33,977 nucleotides of DNA from a virus (IMGVR_UViG_3300025018_000080:1-33977); one strand, 5' to 3'; shown: positions 1-7,652, counted from the stretch's first letter. Notes: a model not told the origin generated them from the sequence alone. Numbers and translations: made by a program.

Positions 1-127
1 CTACTCTTACTCTTGAAATTAAAAGAGGGGATATTGAGCAAAAGGCATATCCTAATGCGGTGATTGAAAATTTAAAAATATCATCTGCTGTTAATCAATA
101 TGTGATGTTTGAGGCTGACATCAGAGC
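1..127. repeat. terminal direct repeat copy 1 (identical to 33851..33977); circular-assembly overlap
   Basis: All 127 nt at the left end recur exactly at the right end. An ORF reads straight through the join. Confidence 0.95.
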
Positions 128-638
128 CAAGACTGGTGAAACTGCAAGCAACTCTCCGAGTTATGTTGTAGAGAATTACTTTTTAGCAAAAGACATTTCG
201 GTTAAATTGGCTGACGCCTATGACGACCTTGGAAGTGCCGAGGCTATTGATGTTAAAAGTGTTGATATTGAAATTGCTAAAAACATTGAGGACGATGATG
301 TTTTGGGAACTGACGGACCAAGTGATTTTTTAAATAAGCAAATGGTTATTGAGGGGACTATGGTTTTAAACTTTGCCACGATCTACGAAAAGAATTATAT
401 GCTTGACGGAACTACTAAGGCGATGAGGATTGCAATGGCAAATACAGATGTGACTATTGGTGCTACTTCAAACCCCGAGTTAGTTGTTGACTTGGCTAAA
501 GTGAAATTTAGTGAGGCCCCGATTACAGGAGGCAATAATGATATTGCTCAAATAGAGGTTAAGTTTAAAGCCTTTTACTCAAGCGATGAGGCATTTAGTA
601 TTAAGGCGATACTTACTAACCTACAAGCAAGCTACTAA
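1..638 (+). CDS. major tail (tube) protein, 3' portion; same gene as 33514..33977 after circularisation (about 324 aa in total)
   Basis: Frame 3 is open from base 3 to TAA 636-638 and is in frame with ATG 33514 through the repeat. It sits directly upstream of the frameshifted chaperone pair and tape measure, and a hairpin terminator follows it. Confidence 0.7.
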   Translation, partial: TLTLEIKRGDIEQKAYPNAVIENLKISSAVNQYVMFEADIRAKTGETASNSPSYVVENYFLAKDISVKLADAYDDLGSAEAIDVKSVDIEIAKNIEDDDVLGTDGPSDFLNKQMVIEGTMVLNFATIYEKNYMLDGTTKAMRIAMANTDVTIGATSNPELVVDLAKVKFSEAPITGGNNDIAQIEVKFKAFYSSDEAFSIKAILTNLQASY

Positions 639-644
639 GATAAC

Positions 645-677
645 GGGCCCTGCTCTCAATCGGGGCGGGGCCCTTTT
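645..677 (+). terminator. rho-independent terminator after the major tail gene
   Basis: GGGCCC (645-650) pairs with GGGCCC within 667-673, followed by TTTT at 674-677. Confidence 0.65.
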
Positions 678-697
678 AAAAATTAAGCAAAGACTAT

Positions 698-1009
698 ATG
701 CCAGTATTAAAAGATTTTAGACAAACAAAAAAAATTAGTTTAAAAGAATATCCCGAAAGTGAGGTGGAGATTTTTAACTCTGTCTTGGCGAGGGACGGAG
801 ATGTGTTAATGGAGTTGCAGAAAAATCCCGAAAGCATTGCCAAGCTAATTAAGGTATTACCTAAATTTATAAAGTCTTGGAATTTTCAAAATGATAAAGA
901 GGAATTATTGCCAATTACTTCTGACTCAATCAATTTGCTTTCTTTTGAGGCTCTGACTGAAATTGTGGACGGGGTCAAGGAGTTTAGCGATAGTCTAAAA
1001 AAAAACTAA
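698..1009 (+). CDS. tail assembly chaperone, short form (gpG-like)
   Basis: 103-aa ORF between the major tail and tape measure genes. It ends in a 9-A slippery run. Confidence 0.7.
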   Translation: MPVLKDFRQTKKISLKEYPESEVEIFNSVLARDGDVLMELQKNPESIAKLIKVLPKFIKSWNFQNDKEELLPITSDSINLLSFEALTEIVDGVKEFSDSLKKN

Positions 1010-1143
1010 AAAATGAGGCGGTGCTTTGCATTGAGCTCGGTTGGACTGAAAAAATGTTGAGAGAGGAGAACACACAGGATTTTTTAGAGGCTATTTTGTG
1101 GGTCTATGAGCAAAGACGAAAAAAGGCAAGATTTAATAAATAG
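698..1143 (+). CDS. tail assembly chaperone, -1 frameshifted long form (gpGT-like)
   Basis: The -1 frame (frame 1) is open from 994 to TAG 1141-1143. The slip site is A AAA AAA AAC at 997-1006. This is the canonical position for the conserved G/GT frameshift. Confidence 0.6.
997..1006 (+). promoter_or_regulatory. slippery sequence for programmed -1 ribosomal frameshift
   Basis: Run of nine A at 997-1005, immediately before the zero-frame stop TAA 1007-1009. Confidence 0.6.
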
Positions 1144-1149
1144 AAAAAT

Positions 1150-2613
1150 ATGGCCGAAAATAATAAAAGAGTTACAATCATAGTTGACGGAGTTGATAAT
1201 ACTAAGGACGCACTTAATTCCGTTCAAAAGAATTTAAAAGACACCGAGAAAAAATCGGAAAGTCTTGGCGATAAACTTGGCTCTTTGGGCAAGAACTCTT
1301 TTAATGCAGGAAAGAAAATGACTTTATTTGCTACTACACCTATTGTCGCTATGGGTGGTTTTGCTGTTAAGAGTGGTGCAGAATTGGCGAGTTTAGAGGA
1401 TAGTTATAAAAGGTTATCAGATAATACGGGAATAGCAGGAGATGAAATGCTTAAAAAAATGCAAGATGTTAGTATGGGGACGATCGGCAATAAGGATTTG
1501 ATTTTGGCCGCTAATAAAGCGATGAGTTTGGGAGTTGTTAAAGATGTTGACGGAATGGCTACGATTATGGAGGTTGCCCGTGTTAAGGGTCAAAATATGG
1601 GATTGAGTATGACACAAGCCTTTGATGATTTGGTTACTGGTTTGGGTCGTGGCTCTGCTATGATTTTGGATAACTTAGGAATTACTGTAAAGGTCGGAGA
1701 GGTTAATGAAAAATATGCCGAGTCAATCGGAAAGACTGTGCAGGAGTTAACTGCAGAGGAACAAAAGCAAGCATTGGTTAATGCTGTTATTGGTCAAGGA
1801 AAAGAGGAGTTGGAGGCTATGGGTGAGGTGCAAATAACCAATAAGGAAAAAATGGAAAAGTTTACCGCCTCTATGACAAACTTAAAAGATGAACTCGGAA
1901 AAAAATTATTGCCAATAGTCACATCGCTTATTGAAAAGGCTACTGTATGGATTGAGAAATTTAGCAACCTTGATGATAGAACTCAAAAAATTATCTTGGT
2001 AGTTGTTGGGCTTGTGGCCGCTATTGGCCCGTTGCTTATGATACTGGGAACTCTTGGAATGGCGATACAGGGAATAGGCATTGCTTTCACTGTTATGACT
2101 GGGCCCGTTGGCTTGGTTGTTTTGGCTATTGCAGGGCTTATCGCTGTTGGTGTTTTGCTTTGGAAAAATTGGGATTTAATAAAGGAAAAGGCGAGCCAGT
2201 TTTGGCAATTTTTAAAAGATGTATTTGGTGACGGGGTTGATTGGGTTAGTGATAAGGTAAATAAAATGATTGGATTTTTTGATAATTTAATAGAAAAAAT
2301 TAAAAGTGCTTTGGAGTGGTTAAAAAAATATTCGGGATATAATGCTGTTAGTGGGGCTGTTGGCTCTGTATTCGGTGGAGGAAAGGCCACAGGTGGCTTT
2401 GTGAGAGGTGGAACGAGCTATTTAGTGGGAGAACAAGGGCCAGAGATGTTTAGCCCGTCACAGTCGGGTTATATCACCCCTAATAACAGAATGGGGGGCG
2501 GTGGCTCAAGCATAAATGTTTATGTTAATGGAAATACTTTATTAGACAGACAAGCAGGAGAAAAAATTGGCGATCAGATTATTCGCAAATTAAAATTGGT
2601 TACTAATATTTAA
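1150..2613 (+). CDS. tail tape measure protein
   Basis: 487 aa, located after the G/GT pair. It has a roughly 60-aa hydrophobic core (IILVVVGLVAAIGPLLMILGTLGMAIQGIGIAF...) and a C-terminal LVGEQGPEMF motif typical of tape measures. At about 1.5 A per residue this predicts a tail of roughly 70 nm (inference). Confidence 0.8.
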   Translation: MAENNKRVTIIVDGVDNTKDALNSVQKNLKDTEKKSESLGDKLGSLGKNSFNAGKKMTLFATTPIVAMGGFAVKSGAELASLEDSYKRLSDNTGIAGDEMLKKMQDVSMGTIGNKDLILAANKAMSLGVVKDVDGMATIMEVARVKGQNMGLSMTQAFDDLVTGLGRGSAMILDNLGITVKVGEVNEKYAESIGKTVQELTAEEQKQALVNAVIGQGKEELEAMGEVQITNKEKMEKFTASMTNLKDELGKKLLPIVTSLIEKATVWIEKFSNLDDRTQKIILVVVGLVAAIGPLLMILGTLGMAIQGIGIAFTVMTGPVGLVVLAIAGLIAVGVLLWKNWDLIKEKASQFWQFLKDVFGDGVDWVSDKVNKMIGFFDNLIEKIKSALEWLKKYSGYNAVSGAVGSVFGGGKATGGFVRGGTSYLVGEQGPEMFSPSQSGYITPNNRMGGGGSSINVYVNGNTLLDRQAGEKIGDQIIRKLKLVTNI

Positions 2614-2616
2614 AAT

Positions 2617-4104
2617 ATGGATTTAGCAATCACAATCGGAGGAGTAGATAAAACAAGCCTTATTGAATGGCCAAGTTTTACTATTGAGGATAATGCTAAT
2701 GAGCAACCTGACATCTGCTCTTTTATAATTAAGGTGCATACTGGTCAATCTTACAAGCCCTCTGCCAATGATGAGGTGATTATTATGGACGGGGCTACTA
2801 AAATATTCGGAGGACGGATTTTAAGTATAAGAAATTATTTTGAGGGAGATGTAATTTATTATGAGATTGAGTGTAAGGACTACACTACTGAATTAGATAG
2901 AATTAGAGTAATTGATAGTTTTAATAATGAAACTGTTGACGATATTATTGCTTATATCAATACCAATTATTTATCGGGTGTTACTGTTACTAATGTTGAT
3001 TGTGATATTGAGATTACTAAAATTACTTTTAATCGCAAGACTGTCACAGAGTGCCTTAATGATTTGGCTAAACTGACTAATTATATTTGGTATGTTGATT
3101 ATGACAAGGATATTCACTTTATGGCCAAGAACTCGGAGAGTGCCCCGTTTGCGATCAGTGATGACAGTGATTATTTAATTGGTGATAGTTTAGAATTGAT
3201 AAACGATTTGAGCCAGTTGAGAAATGTTGTGATTGTTAGAGGTGCTGATAAAGTCGCTACTAATACAAGAGATAAAACTCACACAGGTGACGGAGTGCAA
3301 AAGACTTTCAATACTGATTATAAATTTGCGAGCAAGCCGACTGTTACTGTTAATAGTGTTGCTCAAACCGTTGGGACTGAAAACATAGACACAACTGGAT
3401 TTGATTGTTATTGGGATTATAACCAAAAATATATCAGATTTGAAACAGAGCCGACTGATACTCACCCGATTGTTATTACTGGATACCCATTGATACCTAT
3501 AATCGTGCAGGTTGAGGATTTGGGAAGTGTTGCCACTTATGGGAGGTTTGAATTTTCAAAAGTAAATAAAGATTTAAAAAGTTCGGAGGACGCACAACTT
3601 TATGCTCAAGCTCAATTAGATAGTTATGGCCAATCAGTTCGGGAGGGTGGATTTAGAACTTATGAGAGTGGCTTAAAATCGGGGCAGACTATTTCAATCA
3701 ATTTAACTAATATCGGAGTTGCTGATGACTTCATTATTCAAAGAGTTAATTTGAGAATGATGAGCAGAACAAAAGGGGAGTGGAGTGTTGAATTGGCTAC
3801 TACTAAGACAATGGGAATTATCAAGTTTTTACAAGACCGATTGCTTAGTGCTGATAATATTGAGATGAACGAAAATGATGTTTTGGAAAAATATTATAGA
3901 GATACTGCAAGAGTAGTTGTGACAGAGGAGATTGAGTTGCTTGATAAAAAGGAGGATTACCAAAATGTTGAAGTTACCGAGGAGATTGAGAAAGACCCGT
4001 TTGGCCCAGGAGTGCCCCCCGATTTCGTTTTATGCCCCTATATACCCACATCAAACAGTGACCCAAAGAGAGAGTTTTTTTTGGACAGGGGGACTTTAGG
4101 ATAA
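2617..4104 (+). CDS. distal tail / minor tail protein
   Basis: 495-aa ORF immediately after the tape measure gene, the synteny of siphovirus Dit-type proteins. No catalytic motif recognised. Confidence 0.5.
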   Translation: MDLAITIGGVDKTSLIEWPSFTIEDNANEQPDICSFIIKVHTGQSYKPSANDEVIIMDGATKIFGGRILSIRNYFEGDVIYYEIECKDYTTELDRIRVIDSFNNETVDDIIAYINTNYLSGVTVTNVDCDIEITKITFNRKTVTECLNDLAKLTNYIWYVDYDKDIHFMAKNSESAPFAISDDSDYLIGDSLELINDLSQLRNVVIVRGADKVATNTRDKTHTGDGVQKTFNTDYKFASKPTVTVNSVAQTVGTENIDTTGFDCYWDYNQKYIRFETEPTDTHPIVITGYPLIPIIVQVEDLGSVATYGRFEFSKVNKDLKSSEDAQLYAQAQLDSYGQSVREGGFRTYESGLKSGQTISINLTNIGVADDFIIQRVNLRMMSRTKGEWSVELATTKTMGIIKFLQDRLLSADNIEMNENDVLEKYYRDTARVVVTEEIELLDKKEDYQNVEVTEEIEKDPFGPGVPPDFVLCPYIPTSNSDPKREFFLDRGTLG

Positions 4105-4123
4105 TAAATTTAATTTTAAAAAT

Positions 4124-4708
4124 ATGGAACTAAATACAAATGTTAAGGTCTTGGGAGAAATTACCGCTAAGGCTTATGACCAATCTACTCTTAAAGGGTG
4201 GGAGAAAAAAATAAATAAAATAATTGAATGGGCTAAAACCGAGGCCCCGTTTTTCGTTCGCAAATTCGTCAATAAAAATTTTCTTAACCTTTATCGGTTT
4301 GGGGAATTAAAATTTATTGATGAGCATAAGAATGTTATTTGCAATGCTGGGTTTAATGCGATCACCCGTTTGCTTGTTGGTGATGTTACTTATACAGGAG
4401 AGATTAACAAGGCTCTTTTGGGAACTGGTGCGACTGGCTCTGCCTCTGCGAGTGATACTGCTTTGGAAACCGAGGCTTATAGAAACGATATTGCGAGTGC
4501 GACTGCAAGCTCTAATATAGCCTATTTAACTGCCTTTTTCACCGAAGGAGAGTGTAGTGGAACATTTACAGAGTTCGGAAATTGTATTGATGGGACTGGA
4601 ACTGCTGACACAGGGCAACTGTGGTCACACCTCAAAGGACTAAATTGGGTTAAGGATAGTTCTACTGCTTTGGTGGTGAGTTGTAAATATACTTTTGCAA
4701 GTGCATAA
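4124..4708 (+). CDS. tail/baseplate-associated structural protein (function unknown)
   Basis: 194-aa ORF in the tail module. The call rests on position only. Confidence 0.35.
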   Translation: MELNTNVKVLGEITAKAYDQSTLKGWEKKINKIIEWAKTEAPFFVRKFVNKNFLNLYRFGELKFIDEHKNVICNAGFNAITRLLVGDVTYTGEINKALLGTGATGSASASDTALETEAYRNDIASATASSNIAYLTAFFTEGECSGTFTEFGNCIDGTGTADTGQLWSHLKGLNWVKDSSTALVVSCKYTFASA

Positions 4709-4720
4709 AGATTAAAAATG

Positions 4721-4729
4721 TGCTATAAT
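4721..4729 (+). promoter_or_regulatory. extended -10 promoter element TGcTATAAT (member 1 of a conserved motif family)
   Basis: TGCTATAAT at 4721-4729 lies inside the motif AAAATGTGCTATAATATAATTAT. The -10 hexamer ends 8 nt before ATG 4738. Confidence 0.55.
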
Positions 4730-4737
4730 ATAATTAT

Positions 4738-4992
4738 ATGGCGATTAAAATAAACGAAAACTTAAACAAAAAAAAGACAATCCTTGTTGAGGTTGAGGTT
4801 AATGATGATATTGAGGCTTACCAAGTTGTTAGCGAGTTGGCTTTTGAGTTTAATGTTTTGAGTGCTACATACGGAGAATATAAAGAAAAGTTTAATAAGA
4901 ACAATACACCTTTTCATTTTTTGAAAGAGAATAAGAAAAATAAAAAAGTTTTTAGGGATATTCAAAAAGAAAGGTTAAATAAAAAAGTATGA
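4738..4992 (+). CDS. small Lys-rich protein, moron-like insert in the tail module
   Basis: 84-aa ORF that is visibly more AT-rich than its neighbours and has its own promoter motif. Its stop overlaps the next start (ATGA at 4989-4992). Confidence 0.5.
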   Translation: MAIKINENLNKKKTILVEVEVNDDIEAYQVVSELAFEFNVLSATYGEYKEKFNKNNTPFHFLKENKKNKKVFRDIQKERLNKKV

Positions 4993-5306
4993 GTTTAGAC
5001 AATAAAAATTCGGGCGATAAGTGGTTTGCCTTTGAACTAAATAATATTTTAAAAGAGTTGAGAAGTATTGTGCTCAATATTTTAACCTTGAATGAAAATA
5101 GGCATTGGGATTATTTAAGCAGTGATACTGGAACATCTTTGACTGCCCCCGAGGATGCCAATTTTGGAGTTATAACAACAAATGAGGGAGATATGATAAT
5201 TGCAAGAGAGGGCAAGACATCGGGTGCTACTGGAACAATAACAGCCTCTTGGTCGGGAGATACAATCACGATCGGCTCAAGTAAAACTATTTATTATTAT
5301 ACTTAA
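4989..5306 (+). CDS. hypothetical tail-module protein
   Basis: 105-aa ORF translationally coupled to the upstream gene by an ATGA overlap. Confidence 0.45.
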   Translation: MSLDNKNSGDKWFAFELNNILKELRSIVLNILTLNENRHWDYLSSDTGTSLTAPEDANFGVITTNEGDMIIAREGKTSGATGTITASWSGDTITIGSSKTIYYYT

Positions 5307-5310
5307 AAAT

Positions 5311-7044
5311 ATGTTAGCAGAATTATTTGGAATAAAAATTGAAAGATTTAAAAATACCGACCTTTATGATGATTTAAAGGACAACCTTACTGCTCAAGCA
5401 AACTCGGGTCAAGTAGTTGTTAGTGTTGGGACTGGTGCAAACTTTTCTGTTGGGGAGTGTGTGATTATTTTTGACCCATCAACTAACAATTTTGAAACAG
5501 CAACAATCCAATCAAAAAATACAAATGCCTTGACGATGACAGCAAATCTTACAAATACATACGGGGCAGGTTCGTTTGTTGGTAAATACATCGGATACTT
5601 GGATACAGCAAGCAGAAAATTTAAAAGAAAAGTCGCCCCCGATTTAGGAACTGGTGCTGACGGTGCTTTTGTCAGTTCTGGAAATGCTACTTGGTCAACA
5701 GAGAAAAATTTTACATCAGTCACAATCCAAAACGGTCACACAATAACAGTCAACGGAGATTTTGAAATAAAATGCCAAGGTGCATTTACGATCAACTCGG
5801 GCGGTAAATTATCCGCAAAAGGACAGGGGCACGCAGGTGGTGTTGGTCAGGTCGGGACTGGATATTGGGGTGCAAGACAAGGAACAAGTGAGCTTGGTGC
5901 AGGTCTAAACAATAGAAATGCGAATGGTGGTGGCGGTGGTTGTGCAATAACAGACCAATCCGCAAATTATAGAGCCGGTGGTGGTGGCGGTGCATTTGGA
6001 ACTAATGGCTCTAATGGTGGTGCTTATTATGGGGCATATGGATATGGCGGGGTAGCTTATAATGACGCAGGAATGACAAATGATACTGTCGGATTTAGAA
6101 AAGGCTCTGGCGGTGGTGGTGGGTGTTATTATTATGGCGGAAGCGGTGCGGGTGGAAATGGTGGCGGTATTATTCGCATTAGTTGCTTGTCTTTATCTAT
6201 TGCAGGAAGCATTGATTGTGACGGAGATAATGGCGGGAATGCTTATGAACAATACGGAGGCCAAGGAGTTGGTGGCGGAGGCGGAGGCGGTGCAGGTGGA
6301 TCAATCCGTATTCTTTGCCTTGGTTCTGCTACTATCGGGACAGGTTTAATCCACGCCTCGGGTGGAACTGGTGGAACTGGATACAATAATCAGGCATATG
6401 GAGGAAATGGAGGGGCGGGTCGAGTTAGGATTGAGGCCTCCGCAATTAGTGGCACAAGCACACCAACCCTTGCAAGTGGATACTCAACAGGATACACCGC
6501 TTACACAAAGTATGGCTTTTACTTTACACAAAAAATAACAACCGGAAGTCCGGCAATAACTGTTAATGCTTATATTCGCCAAGATGTGGTTGTTAATGAG
6601 TTAATCGGTGCCTCGGTTAGTGCGGGTCAAAAAAATTGCCAAGTTGCAAACGGGGCTAAATATGAAATTGGCGACAAGGTGGTTGTTAAAGAGGGGACTA
6701 AGTTTGAGGTCCATACTATCGCAAGTAAAAATACAAATGTCCTCACGATGACAGATAATTTCGCAAACTCTTTCACAACCTCCGGTAAAGTCTTTCGCAT
6801 TGATTGTGTTGGATATTGCAGTTTACAGCCCACTGGGTCAGGGGAAAGCCAAGAGGAAATGACATTAAAAGAGATATTTTTTGAAAACTCCGATACAGTA
6901 ATGCTTTTGGTTTATTCAAAGACTATTAAGGCGATCAATGAGGATAGTGAGGGAGTGGAACTTGTCGGAATGGTTAGGTTAAAAGATGTTGCCTCAAACA
7001 CAAATGCAGTCGCAATGAGAGAGGTTAATTGGGAATACTTTTAA
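5311..7044 (+). CDS. glycine-rich tail fibre / minor tail protein
   Basis: 577 aa. The core at about aa 170-375 is full of GGGGG/GGxGG tracts with recurring GG-x-IRI...I-x-G rungs, flanked by two homologous domains of about 60 aa (SKNTNALTMTANL and SKNTNVLTMTDNF). It is the last gene of the tail module. Confidence 0.65.
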   Translation: MLAELFGIKIERFKNTDLYDDLKDNLTAQANSGQVVVSVGTGANFSVGECVIIFDPSTNNFETATIQSKNTNALTMTANLTNTYGAGSFVGKYIGYLDTASRKFKRKVAPDLGTGADGAFVSSGNATWSTEKNFTSVTIQNGHTITVNGDFEIKCQGAFTINSGGKLSAKGQGHAGGVGQVGTGYWGARQGTSELGAGLNNRNANGGGGGCAITDQSANYRAGGGGGAFGTNGSNGGAYYGAYGYGGVAYNDAGMTNDTVGFRKGSGGGGGCYYYGGSGAGGNGGGIIRISCLSLSIAGSIDCDGDNGGNAYEQYGGQGVGGGGGGGAGGSIRILCLGSATIGTGLIHASGGTGGTGYNNQAYGGNGGAGRVRIEASAISGTSTPTLASGYSTGYTAYTKYGFYFTQKITTGSPAITVNAYIRQDVVVNELIGASVSAGQKNCQVANGAKYEIGDKVVVKEGTKFEVHTIASKNTNVLTMTDNFANSFTTSGKVFRIDCVGYCSLQPTGSGESQEEMTLKEIFFENSDTVMLLVYSKTIKAINEDSEGVELVGMVRLKDVASNTNAVAMREVNWEYF

Positions 7045-7057
7045 CTGTTGATAGGGT

Positions 7058-7066
7058 TGTGGATAA
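7058..7066 (+). promoter_or_regulatory. perfect DnaA-box 9-mer (TGTGGATAA, complement of TTATCCACA)
   Basis: Exact consensus 9-mer in an intergenic region, about 30 nt upstream of the iteron array. Confidence 0.5.
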
Positions 7067-7095
7067 AATGTTGTTAATGTTAGCATAACAGGGGG

Positions 7096-7163
7096 GGGTA
7101 TGGACATTTTTGTCCATAGGGTATGGACATTTTTGGGGAGAGGGTATGGACATTTTTGTCCAC
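7096..7163. repeat. three tandem 23-bp iterons GGGTATGGACATTTTTG(TCCA)
   Basis: Units start at 7096, 7119 and 7142. Units 1 and 3 contain the palindrome TGGACA-N5-TGTCCA, and unit 2 is degenerate in its right half. A G8 run at 7091-7098 precedes the array. Confidence 0.85.
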
Positions 7164-7172
7164 TAAATAATA

Positions 7173-7195
7173 TAACTTAATAATCTAACTTAATA
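7173..7195. repeat. AT-rich direct repeat TAACTTAATA x2 (period 13)
   Basis: Copies at 7173-7182 and 7186-7195, directly downstream of the iterons. Confidence 0.6.
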
Positions 7196-7200
7196 CATCT

Positions 7201-7410
7201 ATGTCGGAGATTTTAAAATCAGTCACTAAAGTCGTTTTATTGGGAATGATTATGACCCTTTGTGTGGTCTATGCTGTTGCCATTATTAAAGCGGTATTGA
7301 GTGGCCAAAATGTTTTAGACCAAATACCTTTTAAAGAGGTTATCCTACTCGTGGCAGGGTTTTTCTTTGCCTATAAAGGAGATAACAGCCAACCGTATGC
7401 GGGCAAGTAA
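7201..7410 (+). CDS. holin-like membrane protein (2 predicted TM segments)
   Basis: 69 aa with hydrophobic stretches VVLLGMIMTLCVVYAVAII and VILLVAGFFFAY. It lies upstream of the lysin candidate. Confidence 0.55.
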   Translation: MSEILKSVTKVVLLGMIMTLCVVYAVAIIKAVLSGQNVLDQIPFKEVILLVAGFFFAYKGDNSQPYAGK

Positions 7411-7528
7411 AATAATCGGGAATGTTCTATGCGGAACATTTAGGGTCGTCTGGTTCATTTTAAATTGCCTCGCTTGGTTGAGCCTTGGTTTTATTGCTTG
7501 GGTGTTAATTGAATTTAAGTTTTTTTAA
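7397..7528 (+). CDS. small membrane peptide (43 aa), absent from the ORF track
   Basis: ATG 7397 to TAA 7526-7528 encodes MRASKIIGNVLCGTFRVVWFILNCLAWLSLGFIAWVLIEFKFF, with one clear TM segment. It overlaps the upstream gene by 14 nt. Confidence 0.4.
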   Translation: MRASKIIGNVLCGTFRVVWFILNCLAWLSLGFIAWVLIEFKFF

Positions 7529-7532
7529 ACCT

Positions 7533-7652
7533 ATGGAAATACTAAACACTATTGCTCAAACGATCGTGACATTCCTTGCTGGTGTTATGGTGGGGGGAAC
7601 ATTACAGCACAAATATCGTTGGCTTGATAAGTTGGTCAACATACTATCGTAA
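7533..7652 (+). CDS. small membrane peptide (39 aa), absent from the ORF track
   Basis: ATG 7533 to TAA 7650-7652 encodes MEILNTIAQTIVTFLAGVMVGGTLQHKYRWLDKLVNILS, with one TM segment followed by a basic tail. Confidence 0.4.
   Translation: MEILNTIAQTIVTFLAGVMVGGTLQHKYRWLDKLVNILS

Noticed and set aside
1983-2390. 135-aa minus-strand ORF. This also stands for all other minus-strand track ORFs: 1417, 3190, 4762, 5409, 5792, 6627, 7644, 9599, 11162, 13206, 13499, 13986, 14350, 15106, 15549, 15924, 16255, 17023, 18150, 18352, 18686, 19185, 20391, 21825, 25616, 25892, 26524, 26989, 27380, 28073, 29997, 30711 and 33504.
   Set aside because: Each is embedded antisense in a well-supported + strand gene with recognisable motifs or synteny. 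None sits in a gap, so I treat them as shadow ORFs typical of AT-rich DNA.
4989-4992. Alternative genetic code (code 4 or 25, with TGA as a sense codon), considered because of the AT-richness and lack of SD
   Set aside because: TGA terminates several ORFs exactly at ATGA start-stop overlaps. Trp is encoded by TGG throughout, and no gene needs TGA read-through to reach a normal length.
6080-6349. Alternative-frame + strand ORFs overlapping real genes (6080..6349; likewise 4317..4520, 12685..12921, 17111..17323, 26615..26875, 28150..28365, 33085..33294 and 33611..33913)
   Set aside because: They overlap longer ORFs that carry family motifs (glycine-rich fibre, capsid, protease, tail protein and others). 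They have no independent start context. 6080..6349 is simply the GGN repeat read out of frame.
7096-7163. The 23-bp tandem repeats as a CRISPR array
   Set aside because: There are only three units and they abut directly with no spacers. The unit is 23 bp, the middle copy is degenerate, and there are no cas genes. It is better explained as a protein-binding iteron array.
7100-7180. 26-aa ORF (MDIFVHRVWTFLGRGYGHFCPLNNIT) reading through the iterons
   Set aside because: The 23-bp period puts each repeat in a different frame, so the repeat is not conserved at the protein level. The ATG is part of the repeat itself.
7421-7440. Inverted repeat AATGTTC-N6-GAACATT as a LexA (Cheo-type) box or terminator
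   Set aside because: The half-sites are in the opposite order to GAAC-N4-GTTC and the spacing is wrong. The repeat lies inside the 43-aa ORF and has no downstream T-run.
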